Assembly: GCA_963823665.1 (NCBI GenBank)
Contig: CAWGMQ010000003.1
Location: 288,001-352,000 of the forward strand
Length of the DNA: 64,000 bases
Source of the DNA: an uncultured Planctomycetota bacterium
Lineage (GTDB): Bacteria > Planctomycetota > Planctomycetia > Isosphaerales > Isosphaeraceae
Direction: 5' to 3'
Shown: positions 1 to 8,169 of the stretch, one piece after another
Position numbering within the stretch: the first letter of the stretch is position 1
How the letters are laid out: each line of letters begins with the position of its first letter
Translations under genes and position numbers: made by a program
Notes under the pieces: generated by a model
The model's input: the letters and a program-made list of their open reading frames with translations, nothing else
Told to the model about the DNA's origin: nothing
The model's database searches: none

Positions 1-921
1 GACTTCGATCGGGTCGGCATCGACCGTCGAATGCGGGCGGAGCGATTCCGTGAGGAGCTTCGCCAGTCCCCAGTCGAGGACGATCGCCTCGCCGTGATCC
101 CCCAGTACGACGTTTTCGGGCTTCAAATCGCGGTGGATCACGTTTCGTGAATGGGCGTAGCCGATTGCCTCACAGATCTTCAGAAACGGCTCTAGTAGCC
201 GGCGCTGCCAGTCCAGCCGGGAGGCGGGCTTGCCGGCGCGGTCGCGATGAAACTCGGCAATCTCCTGGCCCAGCGTCCGCCCTTCGACAAATCGCATGGT
301 GTAGAACGGATGGTCGTCCTCCTTGCGGCGGGCGAGCTCATACACGGGAACGATGTTGGGATGTTCCAGTTGCCCGGTGACCTGCGCTTCTTTCAAGAAC
401 CGGCGGAGGGTGCGGACGTCGGCGGTCCGATCGATGCGGACTTCCTTCAGGGCGACCTTGCGGTTGAGGTCGGTATCGTGCGCCAGCCAGACCCGACCTA
501 GCCCCCCTTCGCCATGGACGCGACTGAGCGTGTAGCGGATCGACGTGTGCTGCGAAGCCCTGTCGGGGATCAAGGTGGCCAGCACATGTCCGGTGGCCGG
601 CGCCAGCTCGTCAACGGATTGGCGGACCACCGGCTCGTTGATCGTTCGGAGGATCTCGCGCACGGAAGAATCGGCCGCGGCGGCGAGCGAGGCGTGGGCG
701 TCTCCGCGGTGCTTCTTGAGCTTGCGCTGGAGATTGTGGGTGATTTCCTGGCGGTCATCCGGCGAGATCCAGCCGCGATCCAGAAGGAGCTCGTCCATTG
801 GCCGTTCCATGGTCAACGCCCAGACGGCGCAGGCCTCGGCGAACTGTTCCTGTTCGAGGATGTCAAGCTGCAGCGCGATGACGGCAAAGAGCAGGTTGCG
901 GTCGGTTATGGATGGGGCCAT
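1..921 (-). CDS. Ser/Thr protein kinase (Hanks type), N-terminal part; runs off the window edge
   Basis: Reverse strand reads MAPSITDRNLLFAVIALQLD... and contains LGEGGLGRVW, VALKE and IHRDLKPENVVLGDHGEAIVLDWGLAK kinase motifs. Confidence 0.9.
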   Translation of the reverse strand, partial: MAPSITDRNLLFAVIALQLDILEQEQFAEACAVWALTMERPMDELLLDRGWISPDDRQEITHNLQRKLKKHRGDAHASLAAAADSSVREILRTINEPVVRQSVDELAPATGHVLATLIPDRASQHTSIRYTLSRVHGEGGLGRVWLAHDTDLNRKVALKEVRIDRTADVRTLRRFLKEAQVTGQLEHPNIVPVYELARRKEDDHPFYTMRFVEGRTLGQEIAEFHRDRAGKPASRLDWQRRLLEPFLKICEAIGYAHSRNVIHRDLKPENVVLGDHGEAIVLDWGLAKLLTESLRPHSTVDADPIEV

Positions 922-1050
922 GGCGGGGCCTTCTCGGTGAAAGATCCGAACGTCTGTGAGTGCGAAATCCGTAAAGGTGTGTGATCTTCGGTAGCGTCTC
1001 ATTTTGGCAGATCCGCCTCGATCGCGGAACAGGCCGGGACCGCGAGCGCT

Positions 1051-2434
1051 CGAGGACAAGGACGAGGACAAGGACAGGCGTCGCGAATCAAGCTTGGAGT
1101 TGGTAGGTTCGGTCAGCGGCACGAAGGCCACGAGGCCCACATCGGGGAGAACGCCCCCCGCGCGGCCTGCACTCCTGCGGGCCGCCACGGGGGAACGGTT
1201 CAATGCGCATTCACGCACGTGGAAGAGTGTGATCGACGAACGGGGGTGTGAACAGCGCGCGTACGGCTGGCGACGTGTGGCGCACGGCTGAGCCGGGATT
1301 CGTCGATTCGATTATCGGGCGGGGCAGCCGGCGAGGTTAGCGAGGTGGTGGACGCCCAGGTGGGCGGCGACTTCTCGCAGGCGCGCGCGGCTGGCGGCGA
1401 AGAAGCGGCCTAGCAGCTTGCCGTTGCTCAGCTTTTCGAGGCGGGCCCACCAGTTTTCGGCGTTTGAGCCGATTCGTTCGAGGATTCCTGATAGCTCGGC
1501 CGAGATGGCGGTCTTGCCGTCGCGGAAGAGGCGGCCGGTGTGTTCGACAAGGAGCAGATAGTTTCCCAGTGAGAAGTCTTCGAGCATTCCTTCACGTGAT
1601 GAATCCAGCTTGCGGCGATCTTCGACGGGGCAGAGCCAGATGGATTCTTCGAGAGCGGCGGCGGCGTTTGATCCGGCGATTCCGCCGGATTTTGCGGGGG
1701 TCAGGTCGGGAATTCGGCCTTGGTCCTTGACGTGTTCGATTCGCGTGGTGATCGACGTATGGGGGCTTAGTTCGGGGACTTCCACGATTCCTGCCGCGAC
1801 GGGATTCAAGTCGATGTAAGCGCAGGTGGCCAGGAGCGATTCTTCGTCGAGGATCGCGACGCTTTTGAATCGTCCTTCGAAGAATGCGCCGCGGGCGTTG
1901 TCTTGGCGGTTGGCCAGGCGAGAGAGTGGTTCTTTCAGGCATTTCATGAACCAGCTCAGGCTTTGCAGTCGCTCGCGGGCTATGGCGATCCAGTTGGCAT
2001 CTTGCAAGCGCCACTCGACCCAGGCCTTGGTGACCGGGAGGGGCTGGCGGGACTTGTCGCGTGGTGGGAAGAGCCTTCCCCAGCGCCGGACGACGTCTTC
2101 GTCTGACCAGTTTTTGGCCAGGTCGGCGTCGAGGCGCACGAGGACGTGAAGATGGTTGTCCATGACGGAAAATCCGCCTACGGATATCGCGAAAATACCC
2201 GCAAGTTCTTGCAGCCGTTGATCGATCCATTGTTTGCGGTCGAGCGGGCCTTCACTGAGCAGGAACGCCCGTCGCACGCAGCGGGTGACGCAGTGATACC
2301 AGCGAGTTACGGCGGGATCGACGAGATGTGCACGGGGCATTGTCATGGGTGGAAATCCTTGGGTGATCGACGGAGATTACCTAAACTAACGAGTCGTGTC
2401 AAGAATGCAATGCATGTCCTTGTTCTCGTTCTCG
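1051..2434 (-). mobile_element. TIRtron/RAYT-like element: HUH transposase bounded by imperfect terminal inverted repeats
   Basis: 1063-1079 CGAGGACAAGGACAGGC vs reverse complement of 2412-2428 CGAGAACAAGGACATGC (15/17 identical). The S8 coding sequence begins right at the right-hand end. Confidence 0.7.
1312..2346 (-). CDS. REP-associated-type (Y1/HUH) tyrosine transposase, 344 aa
   Basis: YHCVTRCVRRAFL, HUH motif MDNHLHVLV, GAFFEGRFKS and catalytic-Tyr motif YIDLNPVAAG. Confidence 0.9.
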   Translation of the reverse strand: MTMPRAHLVDPAVTRWYHCVTRCVRRAFLLSEGPLDRKQWIDQRLQELAGIFAISVGGFSVMDNHLHVLVRLDADLAKNWSDEDVVRRWGRLFPPRDKSRQPLPVTKAWVEWRLQDANWIAIARERLQSLSWFMKCLKEPLSRLANRQDNARGAFFEGRFKSVAILDEESLLATCAYIDLNPVAAGIVEVPELSPHTSITTRIEHVKDQGRIPDLTPAKSGGIAGSNAAAALEESIWLCPVEDRRKLDSSREGMLEDFSLGNYLLLVEHTGRLFRDGKTAISAELSGILERIGSNAENWWARLEKLSNGKLLGRFFAASRARLREVAAHLGVHHLANLAGCPAR

Positions 2435-4159
2435 CCGCCGGCCGGTCAGGCAGAGCTAATTTTCGCAATGCTCGAGAGGACGACCTTTGCCGGTGATGCT
2501 GCTCCCGCAGTATGTATCCTTGATCGCGGCGTCAACCGCGGTCACCCACTAATCGAGCAGGCGTTGGCTGAACAGCATAACCTCGCCTGGATCGATGACT
2601 GGGAAGCCTCCGATCGCCATGGACACGGCACCCAGATGGCAGGATAGGCACTCTATGGCCCGACACTTGCCGAATTGCTTCGCCAACGCGGCTCGGTCGA
2701 GCTTGAACATCGTCTGGAGGCAATCAAAATCATTCCCGATGTTGGCGTGAACGATCCACCGGATTACGGCCCGATCACCGTGGGGTCGGTGGCCAAGGTA
2801 GAAATCGAATCGCCTCAACGCAGCCGTGTTGTCTGCATGGCGATTACCGCCGACGATAAGGAAAAGTGGGCTCCGACCCTGTGGTCTGCTGCCATCGATC
2901 AGATGTGTGCCGGGGCCCTTGACGACGTCCGCCGATTGATGGTCGTCTCCACTGGGAATTTCGACGACACACTTTCAGCCGCAACCTATCCCGAAGCCAA
3001 TCGTCAGGCGAGCATCCAGGACCCAGCTCAGGCATGGAATGTAATAACGGTCGGTGCCTACACCGGCAAGGCGATGATCGAGCACCCGGATTATTCAGGA
3101 TACAATCCTCTTGCCCTCAAAGGGGCGTTGAGCCCAAGAAGCACCACGTCATTCAGTTGGGCCAAACGCGACTTTCCGCTGAAACCCGATATTGTGATGG
3201 AAGGCGGTAATTACGCAGTCGATCCGGCAGGACAAGTTTGGGAGATCGACGATCTTTCGCTGCTCACCACGCATGTTTCGCGTGACGGCTCGCTTTTATC
3301 GACCATGCTGGACACTAGTGCGGCAACGGCATTGGCAGCACGATACGGGGCCATCTTGCAAGGCGAATACCCGATATTGTGGCCCGAATCAATACGCGGC
3401 CTGCTCATCCATTCCGCCCGGTGGACAAAAGCGATGGTCGCCGAGTTTCCAGAAAAACGGGATCGCCAGGACCTGCTTCGCTGCTACGGGTATGGCGTAC
3501 CCAGCCTTTCGATCGCCCGCCGATCTGTGACCAGCCGGGCGACAATGATCATTCAGGATTCGTTGCAACCCTTCTGCTGGCAGGAAGGCAAGACAAAACC
3601 ATCCTCGAATGAAATGCATATCCATGCATTACCGTGGCCGATCGAACTCCTGCGGGAGATTAACAACGTCGAATTGAAAATGCGTGTTACGCTATCGTAC
3701 TTCATCGAGCCAAGTCCGGGTCGTCGTGGCTGGAACATGAAACATCGCTATCAATCGCACGGACTGCGATTTGACGTCCGGCGACCAGAAGAATCGATGA
3801 CCCAGTTCCGCCGACGCTTAACCCGAGATTCCTGGGAAGAAGGGGAAGAAGGCAGAGTCCGGCCCGCCGATCTGGTAAGCGATTCGAGAAACTGGGTGCT
3901 TGGCGATGACATTCGTAGAAAAGGTTCGATTCATTCGGATTGGTGGAAAGGCACTGCCGCCGAACTGGCCGCATCGGCGTACATCGCAGTATTTCCAATT
4001 ACCGGCTGGTGGCGTGAGCGACCGAACCGCAACTGTTACAACAAGAAAGCACGGTATTCGCTGATACTAACGCTAGAATCACTTAATACAGAAGTGGACG
4101 TTTATAACGCTATTGCGTCGATAATAGCTAATCGCGCGGACATTAGCACTCTCATATAA
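2435..4159 (+). pseudogene. S8 family subtilisin-like protease (IetS/Y4bN-like), 5'-truncated, with an in-frame TAG at 2645-2647
   Basis: Catalytic motifs VCILDRGVNRGHPLI, HGHGTQMAG*ALYG, KPDIVMEGGN, DTSAATALAA; C-terminal VTLSYFIEPSPGRRGW and GWWRER. ORFs 2396 and 2675 are in the same frame. Confidence 0.8.
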
Positions 4160-4586
4160 CGATATTTAGAATTACCTTACGCCTGCAACAAACCCGCTCG
4201 ACTTCGGGGTTTAGGGAGCGACGGAACGTAAAACCCGGTTAAGCGTCGCTAGGGTTGCGATGCCCCCTAGTTCACCCGGTCGACGACGCCGTCGCTTTGC
4301 CGAGTCTCCCGCATTTTGTGACAACATCGATACTAACGCCTGCGTGCGAACTCCTCCAGTTAACCCGTTTTAGTTGGACTGGCGGAGCAAACCAGACCGC
4401 TCCCCGGCGACCGCCACGCCCGGCCCCGGCGTACCGAGGCCGTTCATGCCGGATCGCGAATCGGTTCGCTTAGAGCAAGCGTGATTGGTATTTGCTCGGC
4501 CCGGCCCCGTTGAACGTTGGGGGGCCAGACCGGCAAAAGATGGTTTCAGGCGGTGTCGCCGCAAGCGGCGAGATAGGCGAAAAATT

Positions 4587-4633
4587 CCCCCTCCCCCTCC
4601 CCCTTCCCGTTCCCGCTCCCGCTCCCGCTCCCT
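4587..4633. repeat. Hexamer-period microsatellite with progressive drift (CCCCCT>CCCCTT>CCCGTT>CCCGCT)
   Basis: Read directly from the sequence. Confidence 0.85.
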
Positions 4634-4987
4634 GTCAGGGAGGGGGAAAGCGGAGGGTGGGCCACGGGAAAGCCACACGGCAGCCATCCGCAGCCTGCGG
4701 CAACGCTCCCCTTGATCGCGAAGCACCGCCGGTGGAACTGCTGCTCAGGCCCCTCAGTCAGCCCCGACCCTTTTCATGCTGAGCCGCACCGCGAAGCGGT
4801 GCCGTTCCACCTTTTTGGCTGATGATAGCTACTGTTCTCATGTTTGGCCGTTTAGTCGTTATATCGTTTGAGACCATGCGACCAAACACTTCAACGTTCA
4901 AGCGAAAAAGAGCGAGCAGGCCGAGCCGCGGCATCGCTTGGCAAAACGGTCTCGACGTGATAATCTGATCAGGAGGAGCATAACGAA

Positions 4988-5254
4988 ATGACGATTCATT
5001 TACCTAACGACCTCGAAAGCTCGATCCAGGCCATCGTGCAAAGCGGCCGCTTCGCGTCCATCGACGATGCGATGGCCGAAGCCGCACGGCTTTTGCTGCG
5101 GGAAGTCAAGCAGACGCCGCAGAATGGCAACGCCACCGACGACGATCCCTTGCTCGGCTCGATGCCTGACGCCGCCGATGAGCTGGACGCCATCGTCGCC
5201 GACGCCATGAAGCGTCGCCGCGACGAACCCTGGCGGACCGTCTCCGTTGAATAA
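4988..5254 (+). CDS. Ribbon-helix-helix antitoxin (ParD/CopG-like), partner of VapC
   Basis: MTIHLPNDLESSIQAIVQSGRFASIDDAMAEAARLL pattern, AGGAGG RBS, overlaps the PIN toxin start. Confidence 0.8.
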   Translation: MTIHLPNDLESSIQAIVQSGRFASIDDAMAEAARLLLREVKQTPQNGNATDDDPLLGSMPDAADELDAIVADAMKRRRDEPWRTVSVE

Positions 5255-5666
5255 AGCTCTGCTCGATACCGACATCCTGTCGGAAATCATCAAGGGTTTC
5301 GACCAGACCGTCGCCGGCAACGCCAAAAGCTACCGCCGGGCGTTCGGCCATTACACCCTCTCGGCGATCAGCGTGATGGAGATCGTGCAGGGGTTCCAGA
5401 AAAAACAGAGCGTCCGCCGGCTCCAGTCCTTTCTCGCGTCGCTGGCCGCTCAGGAAGTGATTGCATTCGAGGAATCCGATGGTGAGCTGGCCGGCCGCAT
5501 CGCCGGCGAACTCGAACGGGTAGGCCGCCCGATCGGCCCCGCGGATGCGATGATCGCCGCACTGGCCTTGCATCACGGCCTTGAACTGGTCACCGGCAAC
5601 ACACCCCACTTCCAGCGGGTGCAGCAGATCGGCTACAACCTCACGCTTGCCAACTGGCGGATATAA
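5247..5666 (+). CDS. vapC: PIN-domain toxin, VapC family
   Basis: ALLDTDILS, SAISVMEI, DAMIAALALHHGLELVTGNTPHF acidic PIN motifs. Confidence 0.92.
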   Translation: MNKALLDTDILSEIIKGFDQTVAGNAKSYRRAFGHYTLSAISVMEIVQGFQKKQSVRRLQSFLASLAAQEVIAFEESDGELAGRIAGELERVGRPIGPADAMIAALALHHGLELVTGNTPHFQRVQQIGYNLTLANWRI

Positions 5667-5689
5667 TGCGGTTTCCTCACCCAGCCGCC

Positions 5690-6146
5690 CGATGGCATCG
5701 TGGTCACGATTAGGTGGTACGGGTCGATCCTGCGCTGGTTCCGCGAGTTTCGCCACGCGGTCCAGTAGTCGATATTGACCTGTCGGCGCTCCAAGATGAC
5801 CGCGATCAAGGTCCGGATGATCTCGACGTCGAAGATCGCCGGGGCCGCGGACCGGAACGACAAGGCCTCGCCCAGCCGGCGGGCGTCGACGTCGATCGGA
5901 TCAGTCAGCGCGCTTGTGAGCTTGTCGAAGGCGCGGGCGAGGTCTGGGCCGTAAGGCGTGCCGCGGTACTGGCGCAAGAGCTTCTCGCCCAGAAACAACG
6001 CGACAAGCTCACCCTCTGTCAAGCGCAGAAACGGGAGCTGGTACGTGGCCTTGGTGTAGCAGAAGCCGTGCTGCCGCGGGTCGAAGTCGGTCGGCGCGTC
6101 GAGCCGGTCTCCGCATGAACTCGATGTCGCGCCGGATTGTACTCAT
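5690..6146 (-). pseudogene. HTH-WYL transcriptional regulator remnant (HTH mostly deleted, frameshifted, C-terminus lost)
   Basis: TIRRDIEFMR, then LTEGELVALFLG...AFDKL...RRIDPYHL across two frames; breaks off near the vapC stop. Confidence 0.8.
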
Positions 6147-6150
6147 ACCG

Positions 6151-6169
6151 TAGGACAAAGATGGTCCGA
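6151..6169. promoter_or_regulatory. Palindromic operator candidate upstream of the WYL remnant
   Basis: TAGGAC-N7-GTCCGA (5/6 inverted match), 4 bp upstream of the ATG at 6146. Confidence 0.4.
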
Positions 6170-6518
6170 GGTTCCGGTGCGGGCATTTTTTCTTGTGGGT
6201 GGATGGTGGACGGGCAGGCGGAAGCCTGGCGGAGGGAGGAGAACTGAGGACTGAAATCAGGCCGGAGGACGGAGGGGGCGGCTGACGCGAAGGTGCCGCG
6301 GCGAGCTCTGGGCTGCATCGGTTGCAGGAGAGGAGGCGGTGGAGGGGTATCACCTGGCAAGATCAGACCGAGCTGGGCTGTCGCTTACCGCGCGTTTGGG
6401 AATGCAAGTTTCTGGCGGAATCGGTGCTCGGACCTTTCCTGTTTGTTCATTGCGATCGTGATGATCGTTGTGGTCGCTCTGACTGGCAAGAGAAATCCAG
6501 ATTTCCTGATCGACGAAT

Positions 6519-6547
6519 TAGCCAATCCGCGAGGCTCGTGTTATAAT
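6519..6547 (+). promoter_or_regulatory. Sigma70-like promoter with extended -10
   Basis: TAGCCA-17 bp-TATAAT, with TG at the extended -10 position. Confidence 0.55.
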
Positions 6548-7283
6548 CTATGCATCTGAGTCTCGATCGCTGACACCGGAGTCGGCACGGGGCAACGACC
6601 ACCACCTCGTTCCCTTCGTCCTCTTCTTCTTTTTTTGTTCTTGTCGCTCGCCCTCTGGAACCGGGGAATGATTCATTTGTTCGTTCTTGGGGATGCTGAA
6701 CCACTTGCCGCGTGCTCACCAGCCCCTTGCAGCGGGAAAGAAGGGGTCGGATTGCGTCTGGAATGGGTGAACGTGGCGCGAGGGGATTGCGTGGGGTTTT
6801 GAGCGGAACGCGGCGCGGGACGACCCTGGGCCAAGGTGAGGATGAGTTTTTACCTGGCGAACGAGCGGTCGACGAGCGGGACTGGCGGCGCTATCCTCTT
6901 TGTGCGTCAGCACTTCCGTGCTGCCGAAGCGTGTTTCTACCAGCCGAGGACGAGGCCCGAGCCCGCAAGCAAAATGGGATTGTTTTTGGGCTCTGGAGTC
7001 CCATTTAGGTCCATTCACGTATGTTTATTTTTAATGTGCGATACGTGTGTCGTGGGCGTAAACGCCGAGTGCAGGAGGACGACCCCTTACCCGGCCTTCG
7101 GCTGACAGTGCCAGGCGCGCGATCAGCGGGAGGGGCGAGGGCTCATCGCGTAGGTAAGGGCGACACTCAAGAAGCCACCAGTACTCACCGCCGCTGTTCC
7201 CCTACTCCTTGTGGCGTAAGGACGCGCGACGAATATACAAAACGAAATCGCTGATCGGGGGGTGGGTTGAACGCGGAGGGTGG

Positions 7284-7350
7284 GAGCAGGATTAAGATTG
7301 GGATCAGGATTAAGATTGGGACCACGATTAAGATTATGAGCAGGAGTAGG
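7284..7350. repeat. About 3.7 x 18-bp tandem repeat (GA[G/T]CAGGATTAAGATTGG) with internal 6-nt period
   Basis: Units start at 7284, 7302, 7320 and (partial) 7338. Confidence 0.9.
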
Positions 7351-7401
7351 CGTGGTGCGGGCGGGACATGCGGGGCGGGCGAGGCGATGGTTGATTCATT
7401 C

Positions 7402-7538
7402 TGCGTCACCTACTGCGTCACCGCACAAATCATGTGGAGATATTGAGTTCCGTTGATTTCGGGGGGGTTCCGATTATTCCTGCGTCATCGGTTAAGTCCA
7501 GTTGCTGCAAGGGGATGACGCAAAAGACGGGTGACGCA
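7402..7538. repeat. Cluster of five TGCGTCA heptamers (3 direct, 2 inverted)
   Basis: TGCGTCA at 7402, 7414, 7481; TGACGCA at 7516, 7532. Confidence 0.85.
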
Positions 7539-7782
7539 GGCCCGAAGAGATTTTTTTCAAACGAAAGTAAACGCCAATTGGCTGATCCAAGGGTAGATCG
7601 GGTGGTGGGCACGCGGACTTGCTCGGGAGCGCTGTCCGCAAAAGCGACTGAGACCACGGTTGCTCAAGTACGGATCGAAGCGAACAGCACCTCCAACCGT
7701 CGTTCCCTTAAGCCTTACTGGGAAAGGGTGCGCGACAAATGTACAAAACGAAGTCCCCCCCCCGTTTGGACCAGTGGGCGAA

Positions 7783-7831
7783 CGACGCGGAGCGTCGGTG
7801 AGCCCGAGGCGACGCGGAGCATCGCAACGAG
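7783..7831. repeat. REP-like palindrome pair (GACGCGGAGCGTC type)
   Basis: CGACGCGGAGCGTCG and GCGACGCGGAGCATCGCAACGAG. Confidence 0.6.
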
Positions 7832-8169
7832 GGGCGCGTTTTGAACCAGGCAAGAACTTTCACAAACTGCTCGGGCCGCGTCGCCGATCTTCTGGATGTC
7901 GAATCCTGCGCTGGGCGATCGAACTGGATCGCCGATCGTACGAATTGTGGAAAGCAGACCGGCTGTGTCCCCCACCCCTCAGGGGTTGCCTTCACGCGCC
8001 AAATAGCAAATAATTAAGACTTGGAAGCGGGCCGAGACTCGCGACGGCTCTCCGGTCGCGGTTTCTTTTTCCTTCCAGCCGCTTCGTGCCTCGATTTCCC
8101 GCCCGGTCATGGTCCATGCCGTGATCGAACCTTCCTCCGACGAAAACTAGCTCGAGTTTCTGGAAACTC

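Noticed and set aside
2645..2647. Amber readthrough or pyrrolysine in the S8 protease
   Set aside because: The position corresponds to an ordinary Leu (TTG>TAG), no pyl genes are seen, the gene is already truncated, and another simple nonsense change occurs at 29793.
4153..4244. Possible integron attC site (stop codon within TAAC ... GTTAAGC)
   Set aside because: The R'' and R' boxes are not complementary beyond the core, no L boxes are recognisable, and there is no integrase or second cassette.
4370..4782. ORFs with ERERER/GGGGG or PPPPP/RSRSRS tracts
   Set aside because: They are translations of the hexamer microsatellite, with no RBS or family motif.
7284..7350. Possible CRISPR array
   Set aside because: The 18-bp units are contiguous with no unique spacers, and there are no cas genes in the window.
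6293..8013. Numerous short ORFs in the gene-poor stretch
   Set aside because: No recognisable motifs or coding bias; better explained as decayed non-coding DNA.
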